64,000 nucleotides of DNA from Comamonadaceae bacterium (GTDB lineage: Bacteria; Pseudomonadota; Gammaproteobacteria; Burkholderiales; Burkholderiaceae_C). The DNA lies in assembly GCA_011391745.1 (NCBI GenBank), contig JAABPX010000001.1, positions 2,275 through 66,274 of the forward strand, in the 5' to 3' direction. The notes below the pieces were generated by a model that made no database searches, was not told the origin of the DNA, and saw only the letters and a list, made by a program, of their open reading frames with translations. Below, piece after piece: positions 45,260 through 54,303 of this stretch (positions are counted from its first letter, which is position 1; every line of letters starts with the position of its first letter). Position numbers and translations under genes: made by a program.

Positions 45260-46744
45260 ATGCAAAACGGCACCCTCCTCGCCGCCCTGGACTTGGGCTC
45301 CAACAGCTTTCGCATGGAAATTGGCCGCTTCCAATCGGGCCACATTGAGCGCATTGAGTACCTAAAGGAAACCGTTCGCCAAGGCAGTGGCTTGGATGCC
45401 CAAAAAAACCTCAGCCCAGACGCCATGGAGCGCGGCTGGGCTTGTTTGTCGCGCTTCGCTGAGCGCTTGCACGGCTTTAAAAAACCCCACGTTCGCGCTG
45501 TCGCCACACAGACCTTGCGCGAAGCCAACAACCGCGATGTTTTTCTGGCGCAGGCACAAGGCATCTTGGGTTTTCCCATTGAGGTGATTTCGGGTCATGA
45601 AGAGGCCAGGCTGATTTACCAAGGCGTTTCTCGCCTACTGCCGCAATCCGACGAAAAACGCTTGGTGGTGGACATCGGCGGGCGCTCCACCGAGATGATA
45701 GTGGGACAAGGCTATAACGCACTTGCCTTGGAGTCTTATCACTTGGGCAGCGTGGCCTGGTCAAACAAATACTTCGACAAAGGCCAATTCACACACAAAG
45801 CCTTCAAAACCGCCGAAGTGGCCGCACTGGCCGTCCTTGATGAGGCACTGGACACCTTTCCCCCCAGCGAATGGACGGTGGCCTACGGCTCATCGGGCAC
45901 GGTGGGGGCCGTGGCCGAAATCCTGGCACAAAACGGTTGGGCCAGCGGCTTGATCACCCGAGCGGGCTTGGACTGGTTGCATGACCGTTTGGTTGAGGCT
46001 GGCTCCGTCAGCAAACTGCGGCTCGATGGCATCAAGGAAGATCGTTTGGCCGTCATCGGCGGTGGCCTGAGTGTGCTTCGGGCCATTTTTGAGCTGTTTG
46101 GCTTGGATCAAATGCTGCCCGCACAGGGCGCCCTCAGGCAAGGGGCTTTGTACGATCTGATCGACCGAGAAACCGACGCCAGTGATGTGCGCGAACGCAC
46201 CGTGGGCTGGTTGGCTCAGCGCTTCTCCGTGGACACGGCGCAAGCCCAACGCGTGCAACAAGTGAGCACCGCCTTGTTTGAACAAATCGCACTGGGTGAT
46301 CAGGGCCGCGAGCGTTATTCACAAAAACTGGTGTGGGCTTCGCGCTTGCACGAAATTGGCGCCCACATTTCGCACGAGCGAGCCCACCACCATGGTGGCT
46401 ACATCTTGGACCACGTGGATGCCCCGGGGTTTTCGATTCCCGAGCAACACCGCATGAGCCGATTGGTGATGGGCCAACGGGGCAAACTGCGCAAACTGGA
46501 GACTGACCTCAACGATGAGCTCTTTGCCAAACAACTCATCGCCATGCGGCTGGCGGTATTGCTGTGTCACGCTCGAAAAATGCCAGAGTATCAAGACTTG
46601 GAGCTGCGCTATTTGGGTCATGGTTTTGAATTGATCACCCCCGCGGGCTGGGCCAAACGCTACCCCCAATCGGCTTGGTTGCTTGAAGAAGAGGTGCTGG
46701 CTTGGCAAAAATCCCCGTGGTCGTTCCGCGTCGATTGGCGTTGA
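45260..46744 (+). CDS. ppx: Exopolyphosphatase (Ppx/GppA)
   Basis: DLGSNSF, VATQTLREA, SGHEEARLIY, DIGGRSTE, GALRQG, LHEIG. Confidence 0.96.
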   Translation: MQNGTLLAALDLGSNSFRMEIGRFQSGHIERIEYLKETVRQGSGLDAQKNLSPDAMERGWACLSRFAERLHGFKKPHVRAVATQTLREANNRDVFLAQAQGILGFPIEVISGHEEARLIYQGVSRLLPQSDEKRLVVDIGGRSTEMIVGQGYNALALESYHLGSVAWSNKYFDKGQFTHKAFKTAEVAALAVLDEALDTFPPSEWTVAYGSSGTVGAVAEILAQNGWASGLITRAGLDWLHDRLVEAGSVSKLRLDGIKEDRLAVIGGGLSVLRAIFELFGLDQMLPAQGALRQGALYDLIDRETDASDVRERTVGWLAQRFSVDTAQAQRVQQVSTALFEQIALGDQGRERYSQKLVWASRLHEIGAHISHERAHHHGGYILDHVDAPGFSIPEQHRMSRLVMGQRGKLRKLETDLNDELFAKQLIAMRLAVLLCHARKMPEYQDLELRYLGHGFELITPAGWAKRYPQSAWLLEEEVLAWQKSPWSFRVDWR

Positions 46745-46753
46745 AATTTGGGG

Positions 46754-46789
46754 TTGAAAAACACACCATACGGTTTATACTGTTCATAC
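46754..46789 (+). promoter_or_regulatory. Sigma70 promoter overlapped by operator-like repeats
   Basis: TTGAAA-16-TATACT; YATAC repeats at 46767, 46776 and 46785 (9 nt period). Confidence 0.6.
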
Positions 46790-46807
46790 CATTAACTAGG
46801 AGTGCCC

Positions 46808-47218
46808 ATGAGCAACAAACCCAGCCCGAAAAAAGTCAAACTCGTTCGCGACAGCTTCAGCTTGCCCAAAGCCGAATACGCCACCTTGGAAGCCCTGAAA
46901 AAGCGCGCCATGACCATGGGCGTATCGGTCAAAAAGAGCGAATTGCTCCGCGCAGGCCTGATGTGGCTCAACGGTGCCAGCGACAGTGCGCTCAAAGCCG
47001 CTTTGACGGCCGTGCCAACCCTCAAAACGGGCCGCCCCGCCGCTGAAGTCGCCACAAAACCCGCCGCCAAAGCGCCGATGAAGTCGGCCGCACCGCGCAA
47101 AGCGCCGGTGGCGCAAAAAACTCCCGTCAAGCCCGTCGTGAAGAAACCGGCTGCGCCGGTCAAAGCGGTGGTGGCCAAAAAAGCCGCCCCCACCCCAAAA
47201 GCCAAACCAGCGGCTTAA
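46808..47218 (+). CDS. Small basic protein: ribbon-helix-helix-like N-domain plus Lys/Ala/Pro-rich (histone H1-like) tail
   Basis: KLVRDSFSLPKAEY...KKSELLRAG followed by about 60 aa of KPAA/KAP repeats; AGGAG SD. Confidence 0.75.
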   Translation: MSNKPSPKKVKLVRDSFSLPKAEYATLEALKKRAMTMGVSVKKSELLRAGLMWLNGASDSALKAALTAVPTLKTGRPAAEVATKPAAKAPMKSAAPRKAPVAQKTPVKPVVKKPAAPVKAVVAKKAAPTPKAKPAA

Positions 47219-47706
47219 ACCGTTTGGGGGGTTTGAACGGTGTGAATCACCGCCTGCCCCAACTCACCAGCTGCGTCGCTGCTCTGGTGACGCAACCACC
47301 AGACGGCACCTTTGCGTATGGCGTGCTCGGTGGGGCCTTGTGTGAGCACATCACCCACCACCATGCCCAACGTGGGTTGGTGCCCCACCAACATCACCGG
47401 TGTTTTGGCGTGTGGCCAATGAGCACAAGCCAACAAGGCTTCTGGCATGGCCCCAGGGGCCAAGGCCGCCACCGTCTTGAAGGGCCGCTCCAACGCTTTG
47501 GCCGTGTCTTGGGCGCGACGTGCGGGACTGACCAAAATCAGGGTGTTGGACGGCAAGTGGCGATCCAACCAAGCGGCCATGCGCTTGGCTTGTCGCTCGC
47601 CTTTGTCGGTTAAGCGGCGCTTGAGGTCCAAGTCGTCGCCTTGCAGACCGCTCTCAGCATTGGGATGCGCTTCGGCGTGTGCATGCCGCCACAAAATCAA
47701 GTCCAT
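47215..47706 (-). CDS. sixA: SixA-like histidine phosphatase
   Basis: LILWRHA, LT.KG..QA, SPARRAQDTA, VGHQP. Confidence 0.9.
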   Translation of the reverse strand: MDLILWRHAHAEAHPNAESGLQGDDLDLKRRLTDKGERQAKRMAAWLDRHLPSNTLILVSPARRAQDTAKALERPFKTVAALAPGAMPEALLACAHWPHAKTPVMLVGHQPTLGMVVGDVLTQGPTEHAIRKGAVWWLRHQSSDAAGELGQAVIHTVQTPQTV

Positions 47707-47718
47707 GCGGGCACCCCA

Positions 47719-49776
47719 TCACTGCCCGTAACGCTGCATGAGGCTGCCCTGCGCCGACAGAGGTGGCATTTTTTTGCCTTCGGCTTGGCTGCTGACCGTC
47801 ACATAACGCCCATCGGCTTGCAGCGCCCAGGCGTTTTGGTTGTCGTGCAAATACGCGGTCAAGCACTCATCCATGATGCGCTGGCGCAACTGAGGATCGG
47901 TCACGGGCCACGCCAATTCCACACGGCGCAGCATGTTGCGATTCATCCAGTCGGCGCTGGAGAGCCACAGCTCTTCTTGGTCACCGTGACGAAAATAAAA
48001 CACGCGCGAATGTTCCAGTAAGCGGCCAATCACCGACCGAATGCGGATGTTGTCCGTCACACCCGGCACGTCGGGGGCCAAAATGCAAGCCCCACGCACA
48101 ATCAAGTCGATCTTCACGCCTTGCTGTCCCGCATGAATCAAAGCCTTGGCCAAGGGTTCATCGGTCAAGGCGTTCATCTTCAGGATGATGCGGCCGTCTT
48201 GGCCCGCCTTGGTCGCGTCGGCCACGGTCTGCATGCGCTCAACCATGGCTTTGTGCAAATAAAAGGGCGCCATCAAGACTTTGTTCAACTTGGGCAAGCG
48301 GCTTTGGCTGGCCAAATGCAAGAACACCTGTTCCAGGTCGGCGGTCAGCGTTTGGTCGGCGGTGAGGTAGCTGATGTCGGTGTACAGCCTGGCCGTGCCC
48401 GGGTTGTAGTTGCCGGTGGAGAGGTGGGCGTATCGGCGCAGTTTGCCCTTTTCACGGCGGGTGACCAACAGCATTTTGGCGTGGGTTTTAAGGCCCACCA
48501 CACCGTAGACCACCTGCGCCCCCACCGACTCCAAACGCTCGGCGTAGGTGATGTTGGCCTCTTCGTCGAAGCGGGCTTTGAGTTCCACCACCGCCGTGAC
48601 CTCTTTGCCGCGCTGCACGGCTTCGCGCAACAACTCCATGAGCTCGGACTTGGCCCCGGTGCGGTAAATGGTTTGTTTGATGGCCAGCACATCGGGGTCC
48701 ATGACCGCTTCGCGCAGAAAAGCCAACACCGCATCGAAGCTCTCGTAAGGCTGGTGAATCACCACATCGCCTTGATTGAGTCGCTCAAAAAACGATTGCC
48801 CGCGTTGCAACTGAACCGGCCAACCGGGCGAAAAAGGCGCAAAGCGCAGCGCGGGGGCGTCCACCTTATCGATGAGCTGGGTCAAGCGAACCAGGTTGAC
48901 TGGGCCAGGCACCCGGTAGAGCGCCATTTCGGGCAGACCAAACTGTTGCAGCAAAAAGCGCGACAAAAACTCTGAGCAACCCGCCGACACCTCCAATCGC
49001 AGGGCCCGTCCGTAATGACGTTCTTGCAAGCCTTTGCGCAAAGCCGTGCGAAGGTTCTTCACCTCTTCTTCGTCCACCGCCAAATCGGAATGGCGCGTGA
49101 CACGGAACTGAGAAAACTCCGTCACCTGCCGCCCCGGAAACAAATCACCCAAGTGCGAACGGATCAAACTGGAAATGGACACAAAATGGCTTTGTTTGGA
49201 GCCCTTGACCACCGGCATTTGAAAGAAACGCGGCAAGCTGCGTGGCACCTTAACAATGGCCACCTCGTTCTCACGGCCGAACGCGTCCTTGCCCGTCAAA
49301 CGAACAATAAAGTTGAGCGATTTGTTGGCGACTTGGGGAAAGGGGTGCGCAGGGTCCAAACCCACCGGCATGAGCATGGGCTGCACTTCATTGACAAAAT
49401 AGTCCTTGACCCAACGGCGCTGTGTGGCGTTGCGCTCGCCGTGTGAAACCAGCTTGATGCCTTTTTTTTCCAGTAGGGGCAACAACTCGTCGTTGTAAAT
49501 GGCGTACTGCTGGGCCACCAATTCGTGGGTTTTGGCGGCCAAGCCCTCGTAAGAGGCCACGGTGTACAAACCGTTTTTGTCGTTGGTCAGCGCAGCGCCC
49601 AAATGCGCCCCCATGCGCACCTCAAAAAACTCGTCCAAATTGGACGAAACGATGCACAGGTAACGCAAACGCTCCAGCAAGGGCACCTGCCCTCGCCTAG
49701 CCCAGTCCATCACCCGCTCGTTGAACGCGAGGATGGAATGGTCGCGATCAAGAAACGTGGTTTTGCTGGGTGTCAT
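47719..49776 (-). CDS. ppk1: Polyphosphate kinase 1
   Basis: SSNLDEFFEVR, DPAHPFP, ELKARFDEE.N, GLKTHAK, STGNYN, GRLLEHSR, SADWM.RN. Confidence 0.98.
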   Translation of the reverse strand: MTPSKTTFLDRDHSILAFNERVMDWARRGQVPLLERLRYLCIVSSNLDEFFEVRMGAHLGAALTNDKNGLYTVASYEGLAAKTHELVAQQYAIYNDELLPLLEKKGIKLVSHGERNATQRRWVKDYFVNEVQPMLMPVGLDPAHPFPQVANKSLNFIVRLTGKDAFGRENEVAIVKVPRSLPRFFQMPVVKGSKQSHFVSISSLIRSHLGDLFPGRQVTEFSQFRVTRHSDLAVDEEEVKNLRTALRKGLQERHYGRALRLEVSAGCSEFLSRFLLQQFGLPEMALYRVPGPVNLVRLTQLIDKVDAPALRFAPFSPGWPVQLQRGQSFFERLNQGDVVIHQPYESFDAVLAFLREAVMDPDVLAIKQTIYRTGAKSELMELLREAVQRGKEVTAVVELKARFDEEANITYAERLESVGAQVVYGVVGLKTHAKMLLVTRREKGKLRRYAHLSTGNYNPGTARLYTDISYLTADQTLTADLEQVFLHLASQSRLPKLNKVLMAPFYLHKAMVERMQTVADATKAGQDGRIILKMNALTDEPLAKALIHAGQQGVKIDLIVRGACILAPDVPGVTDNIRIRSVIGRLLEHSRVFYFRHGDQEELWLSSADWMNRNMLRRVELAWPVTDPQLRQRIMDECLTAYLHDNQNAWALQADGRYVTVSSQAEGKKMPPLSAQGSLMQRYGQ

Positions 49777-49817
49777 GGATCAGGGCTTCGAACGGGGTGA
49801 GGGCGAATGAATTTTGA

Positions 49818-49851
49818 ATTATTGAACGGCCACGTGACGGTTGTGTGACAC
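49818..49851 (-). promoter_or_regulatory. Pho box promoter for ppk1-sixA embedded in the last codons of plcP
   Basis: GTGTCAC-acaa-CCGTCAC, then 10 nt, then AATAAT. Confidence 0.65.
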
Positions 49852-50679
49852 ATTGTCGGCGGTTTCAGCGCGATTTTTCACGGCTGGAACCCATTGCACG
49901 ATTTCCAAGCGCCCATCAAAGTGCTCGACCAAGGCGGTAAGGCTTTCCACCCAATCCCCGTCGTTGCAATACAAAATGCCATCGATTTCGCGCATTTCCG
50001 CACGGTGAATGTGACCACACACAACGCCTTGGTAGCCGTTCTTTCGGGCCTCTGCGGCCACCGCAACCTCAAAATCGTTGATGAAATTCATGGCTGTTTT
50101 GACCCGGTCTTTGAGGTATTGGGACAAGGACCAGTAAGGCAGCCCCAATCGCGAACGCCACGAGTTGAAGTGGCGATTGATGCGCAGGCTCAGCTCATAC
50201 AGGTTGTCGCCCAAATACGCCAACCATTTGGCGCATTGAATCACGCTGTCGAAATAGTCGCCGTGAATGACCCACAAACGTCGGCCATCGGCGGTGGTGT
50301 GCACGGCTTGGTTGCGCACCTCAACGCCGCCAAAATGCTGGCCGTCGAATTGGCGGGCAAACTCGTCGTGGTTGCCGGGCACAAACACCACGCGACAACC
50401 TTTGCGGGCCTTTTTAAGAATCTTTTGAATCACGTCGTTGTGCGCTTGTGGCCAGTGCCATTTTCTTCGCAACTGCCACCCATCGATGATGTCACCCACC
50501 AAGTACAGGTATTGGCTGGGGTGGCTTTTGAGAAAGGCCAACAGCTCTTTGGCTTGGCAACCGGCGGTGCCCAAATGCAAATCAGAAATAAACACCGCGC
50601 GGTATTTGGCTCGATCCGGACCAGACCCCGAAGTGTCGTTGTCCAAGCTGCCCATGAAGGCTTGGAAATCTGTGTACAT
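49819..50679 (-). CDS. plcP: PlcP-type Mn-dependent phospholipase C (metallophosphoesterase, often auto-annotated as LpxH-like)
   Basis: FISDLHLG, LYLVGDIIDGW, GNHD, HGD.FD, YWSLS, CGHIH, YCNDGDWVES; lipid-remodelling context. Confidence 0.82.
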   Translation of the reverse strand: MYTDFQAFMGSLDNDTSGSGPDRAKYRAVFISDLHLGTAGCQAKELLAFLKSHPSQYLYLVGDIIDGWQLRRKWHWPQAHNDVIQKILKKARKGCRVVFVPGNHDEFARQFDGQHFGGVEVRNQAVHTTADGRRLWVIHGDYFDSVIQCAKWLAYLGDNLYELSLRINRHFNSWRSRLGLPYWSLSQYLKDRVKTAMNFINDFEVAVAAEARKNGYQGVVCGHIHRAEMREIDGILYCNDGDWVESLTALVEHFDGRLEIVQWVPAVKNRAETADNVSHNRHVAVQ

Positions 50680-51506
50680 CAGGCCCCCAATAAAAATTTT
50701 CGGTAGCGTGCGGGCAAGTCGGCGGCGCGCATGAGCATGGGCAAGTCGGCGGCATTAAAGTCCGGGTCCCAGGCCGGTGGGCCCAACACCTTGGCACCCA
50801 AACGCAAATAACCCTTGATCAGCGCGGGCGGCTCCACATGCAAGGAACCATCGAGTTGCTCAATCGGCAAAGGCAAGCGTGGGCGTACATGCAAATCGAT
50901 GCTGGCCAAATGTTTGTCTTTGATTTGATGCCAAATGCTGGCCGCCGCATGGCCGCCGCCCACCATGCCCTGAGGCCCTTGGTGCTGCATGGGAATGGTG
51001 GCGCAACCGATCATGGTGTCCAAATCGTTGCGGTCCATGAAATCGAACAAAGCGCCCCACAAGGCCATGATCACGCCACCATGTCGATGTTCGGGGTGCA
51101 CACAACTGCGCCCAAGCTCAACCATGCGCTCACGCATGTGGCGCAGGCGGGTCAAGTCAAACTCGGTGTCGGTGTAGGTGCCACCCACTCGGCGGGCTTG
51201 CGCAGGGGTCAACACCCGGTAGGTGCCAACGACCTGCTGGGTGTTGGCATCGCGCACCAACAAGTGTTCACAAAAATCATCGAACAAATCAATGTCGTGC
51301 CCAGGAACTTTGCTCGACAGCTTGGCCCCCATTTCCAAGGCAAACACTTGGTAGCGCAGGCGTTGCGCTTCGCGAACTTCGTCTTGGTGTTGCGCCCAAG
51401 TTACCACGATGGACTTGGCACCCGGTGCATCGTCTTGCGGTGCATGGGGCAAAACGATTCGGGGCGCTGGCGACAGCAAGGTTGGGCTGATCGGTGGCTC
51501 TTTCAA
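50679..51506 (-). CDS. olsB: OlsB-like GNAT N-acyl amino acid synthase (ornithine-lipid type)
   Basis: EAQRLRYQVF, D.FDDFCEHLLVRD, VGTYRVL, EFDL, ELGRSCVHP, LIKGYLRLGA...PAWDPDF; AAGGAG SD with TTG start; TGATG overlap with plcP. Confidence 0.72.
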   Translation of the reverse strand: MKEPPISPTLLSPAPRIVLPHAPQDDAPGAKSIVVTWAQHQDEVREAQRLRYQVFALEMGAKLSSKVPGHDIDLFDDFCEHLLVRDANTQQVVGTYRVLTPAQARRVGGTYTDTEFDLTRLRHMRERMVELGRSCVHPEHRHGGVIMALWGALFDFMDRNDLDTMIGCATIPMQHQGPQGMVGGGHAAASIWHQIKDKHLASIDLHVRPRLPLPIEQLDGSLHVEPPALIKGYLRLGAKVLGPPAWDPDFNAADLPMLMRAADLPARYRKFLLGA

Positions 51507-51571
51507 TCGAGACTCCTTGGGGTATGACCCGGTCAGCCGGGTACGGATGTTTCTTTGAATCGACAAAACCG

Positions 51572-51627
51572 ATTGTGAAAAGAGAACATGTCGAACCGAT
51601 GTCAACCGCGTGAAGAATGGATGACCA
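51572..51627 (-). promoter_or_regulatory. Four-half-site Pho box promoter for olsB-plcP
   Basis: TGGTCAT, TCTTCAC, TTGACAT, TCGACAT at an 11 nt period, then 10 nt, then CACAAT. Confidence 0.75.
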
Positions 51628-51637
51628 AACGCTCGCC

Positions 51638-52852
51638 TCATCGCACCACCTCCACCTCGGCCTGCTTGCCGCTCAACAGCGACTGCCAATGGCTCTCCAC
51701 GCGCTGTGCAATCCAAGACCATGACCATTGCGCCGCTTGCTGCTGAGCGGCGCGTCGCAGGTCGTGCTGCGCATGGGCCGTGCACACGGCGTGCCCCAAG
51801 GTGTGAACAAACGCGTTCTCGTCGCCCACGGGCACCAAGTACCCATTGCTTTGGTGTGCAATCGCCAAGGCCGCAGCCGCGTAGTCAAAAGCCACCACCA
51901 CCAAGCCACTGGCCATGGCCTCCAAGGTGACATTGCCAAAGGTTTCGGTCAAGCTGGGAAAGGCGAAGACATCGGCGCTGGCGTAAACACGCGCCAAATC
52001 CTCACCACGCAAAGCGCCCGTAAAGATCGCATCGGGCATGCGGGCCATGAACGCGGCCTTCTCTGGCCCGTCACCCACCACCACCCATTTCGCTGTGGGG
52101 TGCGTTCGGGCCAGCGCCTCGCGGGCACGAACCAACAAGCGCAGGTTTTTCTCACTCGCCAAACGACCCACAGACACGATGACCACATCGTCCTGGGCAG
52201 CACCCCATTCGGCGCGGGTGCTCGCACAGCGCTTGCTCGCTGAAAAGTGGCCGATATCCACCCCGCGCCCCACCACAAGCAAACGCTCAAAGCCCCACCC
52301 AGCCAATTCGCTTTGCATGTCCGCAGTGGGGACCATGGTGAAGTCGCAGTGGTTGTGAAAGCGCCGCAAATAAGCCAGGATGGGTTTGCGCAACCAAGGC
52401 ATTTTGTAGTGCTCGGTGTAGGCGTGGAATTGGGTTCTGAAATCGGCACTCACGGGCAACTTCAATTTCTTGGCGGCCTTGAGCGCCGACCAACCCAGCG
52501 GCCCTTCGGTGGCGATGTGAACCACGTCGGGCCTGTGTTCAGACCACAAACGCAGCAATTCACCCTGTGACGGCAAGCCCATGCGCAGGTGCGGGTACTT
52601 GGGCACAGGCCAGCCGCGCATGAGCACTTGATTCAAACCCTGGGGCTTATCCCCATCCAGCTCCACCGATTGTCGTGGTCGTATCAACTGCACCCGATGC
52701 CCACGCTGCAACAGGCTGTTGACCAAACGTTGCAAGGTCATGGCCACGCCGTTGATTTCGGGCGGATAGGTCTCGGTCACCAAGGCGATGCGCAAGGGTG
52801 ATGGCCGGTCTTCGAGCGTGTCCACGCTGATGTGCTGGTGCGGTGCATTCAT
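51638..52852 (-). CDS. GT4 glycosyltransferase, Agt-like (diacylglycerol glucosyl/glucuronosyl transferase)
   Basis: [31 protein letters not shown]...[36 protein letters not shown]. Confidence 0.8.
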   Translation of the reverse strand: MNAPHQHISVDTLEDRPSPLRIALVTETYPPEINGVAMTLQRLVNSLLQRGHRVQLIRPRQSVELDGDKPQGLNQVLMRGWPVPKYPHLRMGLPSQGELLRLWSEHRPDVVHIATEGPLGWSALKAAKKLKLPVSADFRTQFHAYTEHYKMPWLRKPILAYLRRFHNHCDFTMVPTADMQSELAGWGFERLLVVGRGVDIGHFSASKRCASTRAEWGAAQDDVVIVSVGRLASEKNLRLLVRAREALARTHPTAKWVVVGDGPEKAAFMARMPDAIFTGALRGEDLARVYASADVFAFPSLTETFGNVTLEAMASGLVVVAFDYAAAALAIAHQSNGYLVPVGDENAFVHTLGHAVCTAHAQHDLRRAAQQQAAQWSWSWIAQRVESHWQSLLSGKQAEVEVVR

Positions 52853-52858
52853 GCCCGC

Positions 52859-52892
52859 AATATGCCCACGCTTTATCTCAATCGTGTGACAA
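52859..52892 (-). promoter_or_regulatory. Pho box promoter of the GT4 gene (leaderless geometry)
   Basis: TTGTCAC-acga-TTGAGAT, then 10 nt, CATATT, 6 nt, ATG. Confidence 0.7.
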
Positions 52893-52919
52893 AACAACCA
52901 AAACACAACACTGGCGGTT

Positions 52920-52984
52920 GTGACACACGCGTGTCATCGATTCGACAAAAAAATGATTCCCCACACGGTTCACTTTTTTGTCAT
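52920..52984 (+). promoter_or_regulatory. Pho-box-like half-sites upstream of ugd
   Basis: GTGACAC-acgc-GTGTCAT-cgat-TCGACAA and GGTTCAC-tttt-TTGTCAT (11 nt period); no clear -10 assigned. Confidence 0.5.
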
Positions 52985-52999
52985 TCACCGCCACACACC

Positions 53000-54208
53000 A
53001 TGAAAATCGCCATCGCCGGTACCGGCTACGTGGGTTTGTCCAACGCCATTTTGTTGGCCCAACACCACGAGGTCGTTGCCTTAGACATCCTGCCCTCCAA
53101 AGTCGCCACGATCAACCGCCGCGAATCCCCCATTGAAGATGCTGACATTACGGATTATTTGCGCAACCAATCGCTCAACCTCACCGCCACCACCGACCCA
53201 GTGGCGGCGTTTACCGACGCGGACTACGTCATCATCGCCACCCCCACCGACTACGATCCCCAAACCCATTACTTCAACACCCGCAGCATCGAATCGGTGG
53301 TGGCCAGCGTACTGACCATCAACCCCCGCGCGGTGATGGTCATCAAGTCCACCGTGCCGGTGGGCTACACCGCCAAACTGCGAGCGTCGCTGCAAGCCCA
53401 GCAAAGCCACCCCGTCAACATCATCTTCAGCCCCGAGTTCTTGCGCGAAGGCCGTGCCTTGCACGACAACCTCTACCCCAGCCGGATCGTCGTCGGTGAA
53501 CGCTCCGAAGCAGCACAAGTGTTTGCCCATCTGTTGCAAGAAGGAGCTATCAAACAAGACATTCCCGTGCTGTTGACCGACAGCACCGAAGCCGAGGCCA
53601 TCAAGCTCTTTGCCAACACCTATTTGGCCTTGCGTGTGGCTTATTTCAACGAACTCGACACGTACGCGGCCATGCACGGCCTGGACACCCGGCAAATCAT
53701 TGATGGCGTGTGCCTGGACCCGCGCATCGGCGCGCATTACAACAACCCGAGCTTTGGCTACGGCGGCTACTGCCTGCCCAAAGACACCAAACAACTGCTG
53801 GCCAATTACCGCGATGTGCCACAAAACCTCATCAACGCCATCGTTGAGTCCAACACCACACGCAAAGATTTCATCGCCAGCGAAATCGTCACCCGAGCCG
53901 TCATGGCGAGCGAGGCCAAGCCATCCCGCCCTGTGGTCGGTATCTACCGCCTGATCATGAAAGCGGGTTCCGACAACTTTCGTGCGTCGAGCATTCAAGG
54001 TGTGATGAAACGCATCAAGGCCAAAGGCCTTGAGGTGGTCATTTACGAACCCAATTTGGCTGAGGCCGAATTTTTTCACTCTCGCGTGGTGCGCGACCTT
54101 GAGACATTCAAGCGCATCAGCGATGTGATCGTGGCCAACCGCCGATCAGAGGCTTTGGCCGATGTGCACCAGAAGGTCTACACCCGAGACCTGTTTGGGG
54201 CCGACTGA
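53000..54208 (+). CDS. ugd: UDP-glucose 6-dehydrogenase
   Basis: [48 protein letters not shown]. Confidence 0.97.
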   Translation: MKIAIAGTGYVGLSNAILLAQHHEVVALDILPSKVATINRRESPIEDADITDYLRNQSLNLTATTDPVAAFTDADYVIIATPTDYDPQTHYFNTRSIESVVASVLTINPRAVMVIKSTVPVGYTAKLRASLQAQQSHPVNIIFSPEFLREGRALHDNLYPSRIVVGERSEAAQVFAHLLQEGAIKQDIPVLLTDSTEAEAIKLFANTYLALRVAYFNELDTYAAMHGLDTRQIIDGVCLDPRIGAHYNNPSFGYGGYCLPKDTKQLLANYRDVPQNLINAIVESNTTRKDFIASEIVTRAVMASEAKPSRPVVGIYRLIMKAGSDNFRASSIQGVMKRIKAKGLEVVIYEPNLAEAEFFHSRVVRDLETFKRISDVIVANRRSEALADVHQKVYTRDLFGAD

Positions 54209-54214
54209 ATGCGC

Positions 54215-54254
54215 TTGTCACAAAAATAACGCTTCAATTTCACGCGAATGACAC
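54215..54254 (+). promoter_or_regulatory. Pho-box-like array upstream of the DUF962-like gene
   Basis: TTGTCAC (54215), ATAACGC (54226), ATTTCAC (54237), ATGACAC (54248) in 11 nt phase. Confidence 0.6.
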
Positions 54255-54303
54255 GCGATTGCATGACCATGTATTTTTTTTCAACCAAAGAAAGGGCTAC
54301 CCT

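Noticed and set aside
48745-48775. PPK1 HQPY instead of HHPY as a sign of inactivation
   Set aside because: The phospho-accepting His lies in the intact GLKTHAK motif, and the other catalytic motifs are present.
49819-50679. LpxH (UDP-2,3-diacylglucosamine hydrolase) call
   Set aside because: It shares the metallophosphoesterase motifs, but the DIIDGW/YWSLS/NDGDWVES signature and the Pho-boxed olsB/GT4 context fit PlcP better.
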